NCBI GenBank assembly: GCA_963669175.1
Contig: OY769902.1
Coordinates: forward strand, 1,440,001 to 1,504,000
DNA length: 64,000 nucleotides
Direction of reading: 5' to 3'
DNA from: a bacterium
GTDB taxonomy: Bacteria; Electryoneota; Electryoneia; Electryoneales; Electryoneaceae
Of the stretch, positions 1-11,281 are shown one piece after another; position 1 is the stretch's first letter; the number at the start of each line of letters is the position of its first letter. The position numbers were made by a program, and so were the translations under genes. The notes under the pieces are model-generated. The model was given only the letters and a program-made list of their open reading frames with translations. It ran no database searches and was not told the DNA's origin.

Positions 1-2
1 CG

Positions 3-2636
3 TATACCGATGAAACGGAGTGGTATACACGTGGGCTGGTTGTTTCCAATTCGGATGTGTCTGGCGTATCGACCATTTACCTGAATCGTTATCTGCGCCA
101 TATGATGATGGATGCGGGGTATACCCAGGTGGATACAATCTGGTACAATGATGGCGGCGGGAATGTTATCGAGCGCGCTGCTGAAATCCTTTCACAGGGG
201 GTGAGTTTCTTCCAGTTCAGAGGATTGATCGGCACCGGCTTTACTGAACCGGACATTCCCGGCATTGATAACGACAGGAAGCTCCCGGTTATTGCTGATA
301 TCACCTGTTCGACCGGCGATTTTGCAGAGGGCTTGTCCATATCCGAAGCGTGGATGCGTGCGGGTACGGTTTCTCAGCCACGAGGTGGTATTGCGGCCTG
401 GGGAATGGCAACCGCAGCGACCTTGACACGTTTCAACAATGCCCTTTGTATCGGACTCGACCAGGCCGCATTCCAGACAAAGCTTGCCACCATTGGCGAA
501 CTGGGCACCGCGGGAAAATTGAACATGTGGCGTCAGTTTTCTGCCTATGAAAACGCTCATGTGGATGAATTTCTACAGTGGTTCAACCTGATGGGCGATC
601 CTACTGTTGTTTTCTTTTCCGGGATTCCGCAGGAGCCGATCATCACCTGCCCGGACACGCTCTATTCCGAAATCAACGGCTTTCCCATTACCGTGGCAAC
701 GCAGGATGGACCAGTTGCAGGCGCCTGGGTGTGCAGGTATCAGATGGATGGCGAAGCGCTGCATACCGCTTTCGGGGTTACCGGTGACGATGGTACGGTT
801 GTGATCCCTGGCAGTGGTGGCGATTACGGCGAGGAAGTAACCTTTACGATTACGGCGAAGAACCTGGAAACATGGCAGCATGATTTCACGGTTCATTCGG
901 CCTCAATGGCATTAAGGGCCTCAACCGGAAGTTGGACTGATGATCCCGGTATCGAACAATACATCGGTGACAATGACGGTGTTATTGATGCCGGTGAGAT
1001 AGGCGGTTTACGTTTCAACATTACCAATACGGCAGATGCAGCTCAGGACAATATTACTATCCAGGTATATGCTGATGATCCGAATCTGACCGTCATTGAC
1101 ACTGCCGCTGTGCTGGCATTCCGGAGCATTGGGGCAGGCGCAACCGTTGCTTCCCCGGAATTTCAGATAGCCGTGTCCGGTTATACGCCCGATGAATACC
1201 TGGCTACGATACATGTGGTTGTTTCCAGCACGCAGGGGCAGTGGGAACACACGCTGGTGCTGCGGATTAAAGCGCCGACCCTGGCGGTTGAAAGTGTTGA
1301 GACGGACCAACCGTTGCTTCCCGGCCAAACGTCAGCATTAAGTGTACAGCTTTATAATTACGGCAGTGATGATGCTACCGGTGGAGAAATATCGCTGAGT
1401 TCACTTACGCCTTTTCTGGTTGTTGCAAATGGAACCGCAACCTGCGCTGCAATTGACACCAGTGAAGCCTTAACTGTTACCGGGTTTCAGGTACAAGCGG
1501 TTGATGAAGCGTACAGCAATGGCAGTATCGCAGAACTTCAGCTCGTTTATTTGGGCAGCAACGGTGTGGTCGATACCATTCTGACTGGTGTAACCATCGG
1601 CGAACTGGCGGAAGAAGACCCCGTTGGTCCGGATGCTTATGGCTATTATGCGTTCGAAAATGTGGATACAGCTTATGATCTCGCGCCCGTGTATGCGTGG
1701 GTAGAGATCAATCCGAATGTTGAACATCATGATTATGAAGGAACAGCTTTGGATCTGCCGGATACCGCGCGGGAATTACAACACGCAGTCGTGAGGCAAC
1801 TTCCCTTCACGGTGCAGTATTATAGTGAAACCTTTACCGAGATTACTGTTGCGGCCAACGGATTTGCAGCAATGGGGAGCCAGGCGGATCTGCCCTGTTT
1901 ACAGAATTGGTCAATCCCCTCACCGGGCGGTCCGAACGCCATGATTGCCCCCTTCTGGGATGATCGTACGGTTTTTGATGGCGCCGGGGTTTACGACTAT
2001 CACGACACCGCCAATGGACGATATATCATTGAATGGTACCAGGTGACAGACCTTGACAGTATCAATCCCTGCACCTTCCAGCTCATCCTGTATGACCAGG
2101 TTGAAGGCCACGAGACTGCAACAGGTGATGCGGATATTCTCTTCCAATACAGTTCATTGAATCCCTCAACGAGTTCTGATCCCGAAGGGGTGGACTGGTG
2201 GACCACCGGGATTGAAAATAGCACGCAGAACCTTGGCATCCAGATCGCTTATCGTCATTTCGCGATGGCTGGGACAGCCATGATTGATTCAGGTCGTGCG
2301 ATCCTGTTTACTACCAACACCTGGGACAACATTCATCCGGTAGAAACAGACATCGAAGAGGCGCTGCCGCGTGATTATGCTCTGGACGCGCCGTATCCCA
2401 ATCCGTTCAATTCCGAAACAGTGATCCGGTATGCGTTGCCCAGATCGGAACGTATCAACCTGAGCGTGTTCAATGTGCTTGGTCAGCGAATGTCAACGAT
2501 GGTTCAAGGGATGCAGGAAGCCGGGTATCACACGTTGACGCTGGACGCGAATGGATGGCCGTCCGGAGTCTACTTTGTACAGTTAAAAACGGCCGGAGGT
2601 TTTGCTTCGGCACAAAAAGTGATGTTGATTAAATGA
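3..2636 (+). CDS. C25 (gingipain-like) cysteine peptidase family protein with Ig-like domains and T9SS-type C-terminal sorting domain; 5'-truncated by window edge
   Basis: Frame is open from position 3. Motifs ITCSTGDF, EAWMRAG, GGIAAWG, FNLMGDP and GPDAYGYY; C-terminus YPNPFN...SGVYFVQL...KVMLIK. Confidence 0.8.
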   Translation, partial: YTDETEWYTRGLVVSNSDVSGVSTIYLNRYLRHMMMDAGYTQVDTIWYNDGGGNVIERAAEILSQGVSFFQFRGLIGTGFTEPDIPGIDNDRKLPVIADITCSTGDFAEGLSISEAWMRAGTVSQPRGGIAAWGMATAATLTRFNNALCIGLDQAAFQTKLATIGELGTAGKLNMWRQFSAYENAHVDEFLQWFNLMGDPTVVFFSGIPQEPIITCPDTLYSEINGFPITVATQDGPVAGAWVCRYQMDGEALHTAFGVTGDDGTVVIPGSGGDYGEEVTFTITAKNLETWQHDFTVHSASMALRASTGSWTDDPGIEQYIGDNDGVIDAGEIGGLRFNITNTADAAQDNITIQVYADDPNLTVIDTAAVLAFRSIGAGATVASPEFQIAVSGYTPDEYLATIHVVVSSTQGQWEHTLVLRIKAPTLAVESVETDQPLLPGQTSALSVQLYNYGSDDATGGEISLSSLTPFLVVANGTATCAAIDTSEALTVTGFQVQAVDEAYSNGSIAELQLVYLGSNGVVDTILTGVTIGELAEEDPVGPDAYGYYAFENVDTAYDLAPVYAWVEINPNVEHHDYEGTALDLPDTARELQHAVVRQLPFTVQYYSETFTEITVAANGFAAMGSQADLPCLQNWSIPSPGGPNAMIAPFWDDRTVFDGAGVYDYHDTANGRYIIEWYQVTDLDSINPCTFQLILYDQVEGHETATGDADILFQYSSLNPSTSSDPEGVDWWTTGIENSTQNLGIQIAYRHFAMAGTAMIDSGRAILFTTNTWDNIHPVETDIEEALPRDYALDAPYPNPFNSETVIRYALPRSERINLSVFNVLGQRMSTMVQGMQEAGYHTLTLDANGWPSGVYFVQLKTAGGFASAQKVMLIK

Positions 2637-2662
2637 GCAGGTACTTGTATACTTGTTGGTCT

Positions 2663-2692
2663 GCGCCAGGTGGGGATGCACCTGGCGCTTTT
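2663..2692 (+). terminator. Rho-independent terminator
   Basis: GCGCCAGGTG-6nt-CACCTGGCGC followed by TTTT, between convergent genes. Confidence 0.75.
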
Positions 2693-2713
2693 CGTGTACT
2701 CAGTTGAGCAACT

Positions 2714-4090
2714 TTAAAACGTAAGTTGCGCTCCGGCCATTCCGCCGAACCAGAAGGCGTTCCAGTGGTTATCGCTGTTGTGTATCACCGCTTCATCGGG
2801 AAGCAATTCCTGTCCTGCATCGCTTGTCGAATAGGCCCATCTTAAGGCCGGCCCCAACGATACGAACAGCCTTTCATTGACCTGAAGCTGGCCTGTGATG
2901 CGCCATTCAGCAAGCAATACCGGGTCGTCCGAAATGCCTTCGCCATGCAGAATATTCCAGACAAGGATGTCCGTTTTAAGGGAGAAGTCTTCAGTCCTGA
3001 TCGGAGTATGCCAGCCAATACCGCCAACCATGCCCCAGGCTTGTGCATTATCCAGTCGCTTCCCCACACCGATAAGGTTATACAGGTTTTGGTTGCCCGA
3101 GACAAAGGCAGTAGATGCCATCCCGGTTTCATCGAACCAGAAAGTGACATGGACGGGTTGATCTTCTACAAGGCTGACCAACCCGACAGGCCAGCCATCG
3201 TTGACATCGGCCATATTCAGCACACCGATCTGTACCCCCTCCACAAGACTTGAATGGGTGTACACGCCAATCTGAACACCTTTACCAAACTGGCTCAAAG
3301 ATATCGGCGCCAGTTGTACCAACGGCGCTATCGGTGAGTTTGCAATGATCCCGGCCACCTGGATCCCGTTCAATTTCATGGTAGAAACGGCAAAAAGTCC
3401 ACCAAGTTGAAGTCCGGTGTAAGTGGTTCCACTCACAGAAGCAAGCCCGCCTATCATGATGCCGCCGCCACCTTCCATGGCGAACGATCCCAGACCGCCC
3501 ACCTGGAAACCGTACCAGGAATGGGTGGCGATAGAAAGCAGTCCACCTACCTGAAAGCCAACCCCATCAAGCGCGGCGCTGGTTAGCCCGCCAAGCTGCA
3601 TCCCGAAGTGTTTGCCACGTGACAAAGCGAGCAGCCCACCCACCTGGAAGCCTTTGCTGTACGCTGGGTCTTTTGCGGCCCCCGAAGCAGAAAGAAGCCC
3701 GCCGACCTGGAAACCCTGGAAACGTCCTTTTGTTGAATTGGCAATTCCAGAGACCTGGAAACCATCAAAACGCTGGTCTGCCTGGTTCAGGAAGGGAGCG
3801 ACCTGGAAACCGGTTGAAGGATATAGACAATGGTTTGTCAGTATGCCGATCTCGGCGCCGTGCAACTGCCCGGAATGACCCAGACCCAGGTGCAGCGCGA
3901 AGATGTGATGCACATGATCGGAAGGTCCGAATACGCTGTACCCGTTAATGAACGTCACATTTACCGGGACTGTCATCAAAGACAGGGATGAATCCGGCGA
4001 TACGGGATCTGTTCGCGTATTGTCTTGCGCCAGGGTGGCGAGAGGAAGTAAAAATAAAACTGAAACGAGTAGCAGCGCTTTTGTGTTCAT
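2714..4090 (-). CDS. Secreted GxQ(V/L)GG-repeat (LA_2272-like) surface protein with C-terminal beta-rich domain
   Basis: Signal peptide from MNTKALLL; many ~14-aa GFQVGGL repeats; ends in Phe (AQLTF) like outer-membrane proteins. Confidence 0.7.
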   Translation of the reverse strand: MNTKALLLVSVLFLLPLATLAQDNTRTDPVSPDSSLSLMTVPVNVTFINGYSVFGPSDHVHHIFALHLGLGHSGQLHGAEIGILTNHCLYPSTGFQVAPFLNQADQRFDGFQVSGIANSTKGRFQGFQVGGLLSASGAAKDPAYSKGFQVGGLLALSRGKHFGMQLGGLTSAALDGVGFQVGGLLSIATHSWYGFQVGGLGSFAMEGGGGIMIGGLASVSGTTYTGLQLGGLFAVSTMKLNGIQVAGIIANSPIAPLVQLAPISLSQFGKGVQIGVYTHSSLVEGVQIGVLNMADVNDGWPVGLVSLVEDQPVHVTFWFDETGMASTAFVSGNQNLYNLIGVGKRLDNAQAWGMVGGIGWHTPIRTEDFSLKTDILVWNILHGEGISDDPVLLAEWRITGQLQVNERLFVSLGPALRWAYSTSDAGQELLPDEAVIHNSDNHWNAFWFGGMAGAQLTF

Positions 4091-4287
4091 GGTTATTCCT
4101 GTTCCAGGTTGATCCCACCGCACTATTGTAGGAATAAAGGGTAGCTGTAAGCAATGGGAAAATAATCTGGATTTATTGGTATACAAGTGGCCAAGTGGTT
4201 GATATAATTAAAATAATACAGAATAACCATCATTGTTCAACCTGAATTTTGTATATTCTATTGGAAAGAAAACGGCAGGAGGTGAAT

Positions 4288-4563
4288 ATGCCTTTCAGAG
4301 ACAAAACCGGTCCTTTGGGGCTGGGCGCTAAAACTGGTCTGGGTTTAGGACGTTGCCGTGACAGCAAGAAGAATCTTGACCTGTTGAAGCAGGCCACAAA
4401 AACACGTTCGATCACCAACAGTCCGTGGTTCTGGAGTGTCATGATCCCGGTAGGCGCGGTTGTGGTGAAAGACTTGACCGGGCAGAACAGTATTCTGAAA
4501 CGCCTTGCCGGACAGGCTCCCAAGCTGTTGAGCAATGGTGTCAAGGGATTGCTGAAACCGTAG
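4288..4563 (+). CDS. Small DUF5320-like protein
   Basis: Strong SD AGGAGGTG before the ATG at 4288; N-terminus MPFRDKTGPLGLGAKTGLGLGRC resembles the MPxxDGTGPxGxGxxTGxGxGxC pattern. Confidence 0.6.
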   Translation: MPFRDKTGPLGLGAKTGLGLGRCRDSKKNLDLLKQATKTRSITNSPWFWSVMIPVGAVVVKDLTGQNSILKRLAGQAPKLLSNGVKGLLKP

Positions 4564-4577
4564 AACAAGATTCCTGT

Positions 4578-4612
4578 AAAAAAAGCCTCACCCGGTTTCC
4601 GGATGAGGCTTT
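4578..4612. terminator. Bidirectional terminator
   Basis: AAAAGCCTCACCCGG-TTT-CCGGATGAGGCTTT between convergent genes. Confidence 0.7.
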
Positions 4613-4630
4613 ATGTGTTTTTGTTCAGAC

Positions 4631-6802
4631 TCAGGGAAGTGTTGTGAACGACCAGACCTGGGAAGCCGCTCCATTGGCTCCGTTGGCATCAACCGCGTAT
4701 ACCCGCCAGTAATAACGGGTATTGTTCGCCAATCCAGTAGCGGGATAGAAAGTCTGGTTGATGTTGTCCTGGTCCACAACCATGGTGCCTGTAGAGAAAT
4801 CAGATTGTGTATTGATCTGCAAATGGTAATGATCCGCCCCCCCTGAAGGTTCATTCCATTCGAAGAACGTATTCGGGGCAACCGGGACTTGAACAGCATT
4901 GTTCAAAGGCTGCGACAAAGTCGGAGCGCCGACGCGAATACGGAAATCTATTGAGGTTGACCAGGCACCGTAGCCGCTTTCGTTGCTGCCACGCACCCGC
5001 CAGTAATACCCATAATTATAGTTCAAGCCATCACTGAGGCCGTGTGTGGTAGTCGTATCGTTTAAAATCTCATTGACCAGGGGATTCGCAAACCCGGGAT
5101 CAGCAAGCCCTGTGGCCTGGAACTGGTACTGTGCGGAATACTCGGAACTGTTCCAGACGAACGTGATCGGGACATCTTCCAGGTCGCCGCTGGCCGGTGA
5201 TAACGGGGTTGGCGCTTCCGGCGCTTCCATGCGTGTCCTGAATCGCCACACGCTTCCCTGGCGCGTGTTACCGTAATCGTCACGTACGGTCACCTTCCAG
5301 TAATAGTTCGAACGGTAGTCCAGTTCATCCGGCACATAGAAGTTTGCCGTCAGGTTTGAATCGACCTTGGTAACCGGGGGATTGCTGTCATCAAAATAGA
5401 CGTCGAAAAAGAGCTGATCGTGTTCCGGATCAGAACAGGTCCAGTACAGCGTTGGTGTAAGCGTAACATTTTCAGATGCATTTGCCGGTGAGGGCGAACC
5501 CGGCGCGGCAGGAGACTGGTTCTGGCCCGTGGTGAATTGCCAGATCGAAGAAGGTGTCTGTTCACCGCCGGTCGGTGCATCCTTCGCGATAATCTTCCAG
5601 AAATAGGTCGTGTTCGAGTTCAACCGGCTGGGTGGCGTCCATGTTTCCAGTGTCTGGTTGCTTGCGATTTCTGCCGGTGGGTTGGAGGCGCTGAAATGGA
5701 TATCATAATACAGCATGTCGCCATCCGGATCAGAGCAGTTCCAACTCAGAGAAGTGTATTCATCAATACCGGTCGCATTATTGGCCGGTGACGGTGAGTT
5801 CGGTGCATAGGGCGCCTGGTTGGGACGTTCTGCCGTGAGGAAAGTCCAGACCGAACCTTCCGTGATGGCGTTATCTTCATCCCGAACCACTACTTTCCAG
5901 TAGTAATAGGTGTCGTAATCAAGCGAATCCGGGGTGTAGGAGTTATTCACCAGGCTGGTAGCTCGAAGTGAAGGCGGCCACACCTTGCCAAGATACAGGT
6001 CATACAACAGTGTGGTGCTTTCCAGGTCCGACGCCTGCCATGTAAATGTCGGGCGAACCTGTGTATTCTGAGCGCCGTCCGCCGGACTGGGATTGGACGG
6101 TGCCGATGGCGGCTGATTGCCTTCCGCAGCTGTAGTAAAACTCCACAGCTCACTTTCGGCGGATCTTCCCGATGGATCCTGCGCAACCACTTTCCAGAAA
6201 TACTCAGTCTCGTACTCGAGTGTGATTGTATCCGGGAAACTGTACGAAGGCGTGGTCAATTCGCTGTCGATTTTCACCGGGATGAGCGTTTCACCGAAAT
6301 AGACATCGAACGTAAGCGTATCGCCATCCGGATCAACTCCAGACCAGCTCAAGGTCGGTTGAATGGACACATCTTCCGCTTCCGGCGCCGGTGATGGGTT
6401 GGTGGGAGCTGTGGGACTCTGGTTGATTACAGTAACCATCACAGACGTGTCCACAGAAACATCTCCATCCCAGACCCTGACATACAGGTACATGGGGCCC
6501 ATCACGTCCGATGGCGCCTTCCAGGTTACACTGGATAACGCATTGCTGGATACAAATGTCCCGTAATCAGCGGTCCAGTAATAGGCAAGGCTGTCGGTTT
6601 CATCCGGATCGGACGCGATACAATTCACGGTAGATGTGCTGTTGACCCCCAGCGCAGAAGGGGTGGCTGTAATACTTGCAATTTGTGGAGCATGGTTGGC
6701 AGGGGGATTCACAGCGTCATCATCATCGCTCCCACAGCCCGCAAGCAGCCAGCTCAAAGCCAGCAACAGCACCATCCCGATATGTATGGATCTTCCTAGC
6801 AT
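4631..6802 (-). CDS. Lipoprotein with tandem Ig/fibronectin type III-like repeats
   Basis: Lipobox LLAGC; repeated PxxPSNPSPAxxA...W...D.D.D.L.YDVYF...YYWKVV...W.F.T modules. Confidence 0.8.
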   Translation of the reverse strand: MLGRSIHIGMVLLLALSWLLAGCGSDDDDAVNPPANHAPQIASITATPSALGVNSTSTVNCIASDPDETDSLAYYWTADYGTFVSSNALSSVTWKAPSDVMGPMYLYVRVWDGDVSVDTSVMVTVINQSPTAPTNPSPAPEAEDVSIQPTLSWSGVDPDGDTLTFDVYFGETLIPVKIDSELTTPSYSFPDTITLEYETEYFWKVVAQDPSGRSAESELWSFTTAAEGNQPPSAPSNPSPADGAQNTQVRPTFTWQASDLESTTLLYDLYLGKVWPPSLRATSLVNNSYTPDSLDYDTYYYWKVVVRDEDNAITEGSVWTFLTAERPNQAPYAPNSPSPANNATGIDEYTSLSWNCSDPDGDMLYYDIHFSASNPPAEIASNQTLETWTPPSRLNSNTTYFWKIIAKDAPTGGEQTPSSIWQFTTGQNQSPAAPGSPSPANASENVTLTPTLYWTCSDPEHDQLFFDVYFDDSNPPVTKVDSNLTANFYVPDELDYRSNYYWKVTVRDDYGNTRQGSVWRFRTRMEAPEAPTPLSPASGDLEDVPITFVWNSSEYSAQYQFQATGLADPGFANPLVNEILNDTTTTHGLSDGLNYNYGYYWRVRGSNESGYGAWSTSIDFRIRVGAPTLSQPLNNAVQVPVAPNTFFEWNEPSGGADHYHLQINTQSDFSTGTMVVDQDNINQTFYPATGLANNTRYYWRVYAVDANGANGAASQVWSFTTLP

Positions 6803-7297
6803 CAGCCAACTCCGACAAACACGTATTAGTTATCGAATATACCAAATTCAAGGTAAGCCTTCCTGCGATACCATACAAGCCGAAACTTCACCGGGACAGT
6901 GAATTCAGGCAAATATGAAACATCATGATGTTAAAGAGAGGCTTCAGGTATTTTCGGGTGAGTGTACTACTGCTGAGACAGCGGAGGAGATATACACAGT
7001 CTTGGGTGTTGTAATTATTGCTATCAGATTGAGAGCTCTGTCTTAAAATATATAGAATCGTAAGGGAAAAAGCAGAAAGAAATCAGTGTATTCCTTATTG
7101 TTTTTTGGAATTTATGGATTTATAATCAGAAGCATAATTTGGACTTATCAATCTCTTTCATTATTTGTTTTCTGAGGAATGCAATTATTGAGAATGCGGG
7201 AGGATGTAATCAGGTCAGTTTTCCAGCGTAAGAGAAGACTGACTGATACGGGTTGTTGTTTTTTTACGAGCCCATAATTCATGCTGTGAGGTCTGTG

Positions 7298-10282
7298 ATG
7301 TCCATGTTTCGTGATCTTTCTCTACGTGTCAAGCTTCTCCTCCTGTTCCTTGCTATGGGGCTTTTGACCATGATCGTCATTGGCTGGCAGGGATACATCA
7401 ACGGTAAACACTCACTGGAACAGGCCTCGTTCAATCAGTTGACCTCCGTACGTGAAACAAAAGCTCGCCAGATAGAACGCTACTTCGAGCAGATTCGTAA
7501 CCAGGTTGTCACTTTATCTGAAGATCGAATGATTGTTGACGCCATGCGTCAGTTCAAGGATGCTTTTCATAATGTGGTCAGAGAGTCCGGGGTCAGTTCG
7601 GCTCAGCTTGACGCACAGGCAAGTGAAGTAAGAGCGTATTATTCAAATGAATACCTTTCGCGCTTGAAAAAGAACACGAGTAACCAGGTCTCGGTTGAAC
7701 AATACTGGCCGGGCGAAGATGTCAGTACCTACCTGCAATACCATTACCTGGCGCACAATCCAAATCCCACCGGCGAGAAAGATAATTTGAACGACGCGAA
7801 TGACAGGTCGCGTTACAGCAGCTTGCATGAAGTGTATCATCCCATCATTCGTGATTACCTGAAACGCTTCGGGTATTATGACATTTTCCTTGTGGATGAC
7901 AAGACCGGGCATATTGTATATACGGTGTTTAAGGAGGTTGACTACACGACCAGCCTGCTCACCGGGCCATACAAGGACACCAATTTTGCCCGGGTTTTCA
8001 GGGCGGCCAATAATGCGGGCGATAAGGACTTTGTTCTTCTGGCGGATTTTGAGCCTTACGACCCTTCCTACCATGCGCCTGCCGCTTTTATCGCTTCGCC
8101 GATTTTTGACGGTGACGAAAAACTTGGCGTTTTGATATTCCAGATGCCGATTGATGAAATCAACGCCGTAATGACCGGTGACGCCAACTGGACGGAGGAT
8201 GGGCTTGGCGCCAGCGGGGAAACCTACCTGGTAGGTGATGACAAGAAGATGAGGAGTATTTCACGCTTCCTGGTGGAAGATCCTGATGGGTATTTCGACG
8301 CCCTGCGTGATGCCGGTTTTACCTCGTCAACGATTGATGCGATCAAGAACATCGGCACGTCCATCTTGTTGCAGGAGGTCGATACCCGGGGGGTAACCAG
8401 CGCTCTTAAGGGAGAAAAAGGGCAGGAAATTATCCTGGATTACCGTGATATTCCTGTTCTAAGCTCCTACAAACCCCTTTCGATCAAGGATGTTCACTGG
8501 GTTATCCTGTCTGAGATTGATGAAGCGGAAGCCTTTGCCCCTGTCAAGAAGCTTCGAACCCAGATGCTGATCTGGGGAATTGTCCTGTTATTACTGGTAT
8601 TTATTCTTGCTTATATGTTCGCCGGTTATATCGCCAATCCGTTGAAAGCGATCACAGCGCTATCTGAAGAGTTTGCCCGGGGCAACCTGCATGAAAGTCT
8701 GACTTTCAATCGTCGTGATGAGATCGGTAAACTTGCAGAAGCTTTTGGCGAAATGCGTGAGGTTTTCATCGGGAAGGTAGAGGTTGCGGCGGCCATTGCC
8801 GATGGGAATCTGGATGTGGATGTGCCCGTGGTATCCAAGCAGGATGAACTGGGGCAGGCCATGGTGAAAATGCGTGAAACGATACAGCATGTCGCTTCCG
8901 AAACCCATGAACTGATTGAAGCAATGAAAGCCGGGCAATTGGGCACACGTGGCAAGACGGCAGCATTCGAGGGGGCATGGCGAGGGCAACTGACTGCGAT
9001 CAATGAACTGATTGAGGCCTTTGTTCACCCTATTGGTCTTATGTCGTCCTATATAGAAAGCATCAGTAACGGCAATATTCCCGAACGGATCACAGATGAG
9101 TATCGTGGTGATTTCAACAAGATCAAGAATAACCTGAATCGTTGTGGTGATGTGGTACAGCGTCTGGTTGACGATACGGAAGTGCTGGTCCAGGCGGCAT
9201 TGGCTGGAGATTTTCAAACCCGTGCCAATGCCGAAAACCATTTCGGTGATTACCGGAAAATTGTCGAGGGTATCAACCGTACACTTGATGCTGTGGTAAA
9301 GCCTATACAGGAGTCGGCCGAAGTATTGGAGGCCATGGCAAACGGCGACCTGGCCGTGCGTGTCAAGGGAGACTACAAGGGTGATCATGCCCTGATTAAA
9401 AATGCGCTGAATGCCGGATTGGATTCGATCAATGCCATGCTGGCAGAGGTAAACCAGACGGTCGAGGAAGTTGCTTCCGGTACAGAGCAGGTTTCGAATT
9501 CGAGCCAGTCGCTTTCCAATGGCGCTACGGTACAGGCAAGCGCGATTGAGGAAGTGACAGCATCTCTTACGGAAATAGGAGGTCAATCCCGTCAGAATGC
9601 AGAGAATGCCCAGAAGGCTGATAATGTGGTAAACCAGGTGCGTGGTTCCGCAGAATCCGGCAACAAACAGATGAAGAAGATGCTGGAAGCGATGACAGCA
9701 ATCAACGCTTCGTCTGGTGAGATCGGCAGGATTATCAAGGTGATTGATGAGATCGCCTTCCAGACCAATCTGCTGGCGTTGAATGCGGCTGTCGAGGCGG
9801 CCAGGGCGGGAGTACACGGCAAGGGGTTCGCGGTTGTCGCTGATGAAGTGCGCAACCTGGCGCAGAGAAGCGCTTCCGCTGCAAGTGAAACCACAGAACT
9901 TATCGAAGATTCCATTTCCAGGGTAAACACGGGAACAGAAATCGCTCAATCCACGGCTGCTGCGCTTGAAACCATGGTGCAGGGGATCATCAGCGTGTCC
10001 GATGTGGTGGGCGAAATAGCCAATGCTTCCAACGAACAGGCGACAGGAGTAAAGCAGGTCAATGAAGCCTTGGCCCAGGTAGAGCAGATTACTCAGAGCA
10101 ATACCACCCTGGCTCAGGAAAGCGCGTCGGCCGCACAAACACTGTCAACTCGGTCTGTGCAGGTGAAGACCATGCTGGATCGGTTTAATCTCATCGCAAT
10201 GTCCGTTGACAGAAAAGGGTACTACCTTGAAGAGGCGAACGACTCGGACCAGGTAGATCAAGAGGAATGGTCAAGATTCTAA
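7298..10282 (+). CDS. Methyl-accepting chemotaxis protein (periplasmic Cache-like sensor, multiple HAMP domains)
   Basis: Two TM helices, HAMP repeats, signature [35 protein letters not shown]. Confidence 0.95.
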   Translation: MSMFRDLSLRVKLLLLFLAMGLLTMIVIGWQGYINGKHSLEQASFNQLTSVRETKARQIERYFEQIRNQVVTLSEDRMIVDAMRQFKDAFHNVVRESGVSSAQLDAQASEVRAYYSNEYLSRLKKNTSNQVSVEQYWPGEDVSTYLQYHYLAHNPNPTGEKDNLNDANDRSRYSSLHEVYHPIIRDYLKRFGYYDIFLVDDKTGHIVYTVFKEVDYTTSLLTGPYKDTNFARVFRAANNAGDKDFVLLADFEPYDPSYHAPAAFIASPIFDGDEKLGVLIFQMPIDEINAVMTGDANWTEDGLGASGETYLVGDDKKMRSISRFLVEDPDGYFDALRDAGFTSSTIDAIKNIGTSILLQEVDTRGVTSALKGEKGQEIILDYRDIPVLSSYKPLSIKDVHWVILSEIDEAEAFAPVKKLRTQMLIWGIVLLLLVFILAYMFAGYIANPLKAITALSEEFARGNLHESLTFNRRDEIGKLAEAFGEMREVFIGKVEVAAAIADGNLDVDVPVVSKQDELGQAMVKMRETIQHVASETHELIEAMKAGQLGTRGKTAAFEGAWRGQLTAINELIEAFVHPIGLMSSYIESISNGNIPERITDEYRGDFNKIKNNLNRCGDVVQRLVDDTEVLVQAALAGDFQTRANAENHFGDYRKIVEGINRTLDAVVKPIQESAEVLEAMANGDLAVRVKGDYKGDHALIKNALNAGLDSINAMLAEVNQTVEEVASGTEQVSNSSQSLSNGATVQASAIEEVTASLTEIGGQSRQNAENAQKADNVVNQVRGSAESGNKQMKKMLEAMTAINASSGEIGRIIKVIDEIAFQTNLLALNAAVEAARAGVHGKGFAVVADEVRNLAQRSASAASETTELIEDSISRVNTGTEIAQSTAAALETMVQGIISVSDVVGEIANASNEQATGVKQVNEALAQVEQITQSNTTLAQESASAAQTLSTRSVQVKTMLDRFNLIAMSVDRKGYYLEEANDSDQVDQEEWSRF

Positions 10283-10495
10283 ACCGTAATTGTCACGATA
10301 TATTGCGGTCGCGAGAAGGATACTTTCCCACTTGATTCAGGGATGATCTCATTTCGCAGAAGCCTCGCAAGGCTGCAAAAAACAGGATCACTATAGTATT
10401 ATAGTGGTCCTTTTTGTATTTTCTGAAGTTCTGCTTTTTCTATGACAGCAAGTGGTTTACAACGCGAAGCTGTTTTTCCTTCGGACGGTAGCGGC

Positions 10496-10975
10496 ATGGA
10501 CGTTAAATACATAAATCCCTTCATTGAGTCTACGATCAACTGCATTGAGATGATGACGGGACATTCCCCGCAACGCGAACAGCCATTCGTGAAAGAGGGC
10601 GATATGTCGCATGGGGATATCACCGGGATGATCGGTTTCGCCGCCCAGAATATTACGGGTTCGGTAGCGGTGACCTTCCCGCGTGAATCCGCGTTGTCTA
10701 TTTACAATGACATGACCGGCGAATCGGTTTCTGTAATCAACAGAGAAGTTCAAGATAGTGTTGGTGAGCTTGCCAATATTATTGCGGGAGGCGCAAAATC
10801 AATCCTTGCCGAACAGGGGTTGTCCTACCATATTTCCATCCCGACAGTGATTGTTGGTAAGAATCATCATATTCAACACAGATCAAACACACCTGTCGTT
10901 GTCATTCCCTTCAGCTTCAACAACATGCGCATTGTTGTGGAAGTAGCCATGAGGCTCACCGGCAAAACCAAGTAG
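10496..10975 (+). CDS. cheX: Chemotaxis phosphatase CheX
   Basis: MDVKYINPFI start; DSVGELANIIAGGAK (ExxN motif); ISIPTVIVG. Confidence 0.9.
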   Translation: MDVKYINPFIESTINCIEMMTGHSPQREQPFVKEGDMSHGDITGMIGFAAQNITGSVAVTFPRESALSIYNDMTGESVSVINREVQDSVGELANIIAGGAKSILAEQGLSYHISIPTVIVGKNHHIQHRSNTPVVVIPFSFNNMRIVVEVAMRLTGKTK

Positions 10976-11070
10976 ATTTATAGTTCTTCGCTGTTTCGAA
11001 TGGGTAAACCATTGTTCGATAGCATGTGATTAAGTTGATAGTATGTGATTAAAAGGAAAGGCTTCCAAAT

Positions 11071-11163
11071 CACCTCGAAGAGGTGAAACTTGAATAGCGC
11101 GGGTGTGCAAACCCCGGGAAAACATGGACTACTACACCAATCGTCCCCGAAGGGTACGCACAT
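11071..11163 (+). repeat. Half copy of palindromic REPIN-like element (family A)
   Basis: CACCTCGAAGAGGTG...TGAATAGCGCGGG...CCCCGGGA...GTCCCCGAAGGGTAC.CACAT is colinear with 49586-49677. Confidence 0.75.
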
Positions 11164-11281
11164 ATGACGAGTCTATCAGAACTGCCCTGTTAAAGAAAAG
11201 AGGGATACTGTGACAGGGATTCTCTTAACCAGCAAGTTTCGCTAGTATTGGTGACCCACACAAAACAGCGAAGCACCAAAT

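Noticed and set aside
8660-10138. 492-aa ORF on the - strand
   Set aside because: Antisense shadow of the MCP signalling region.
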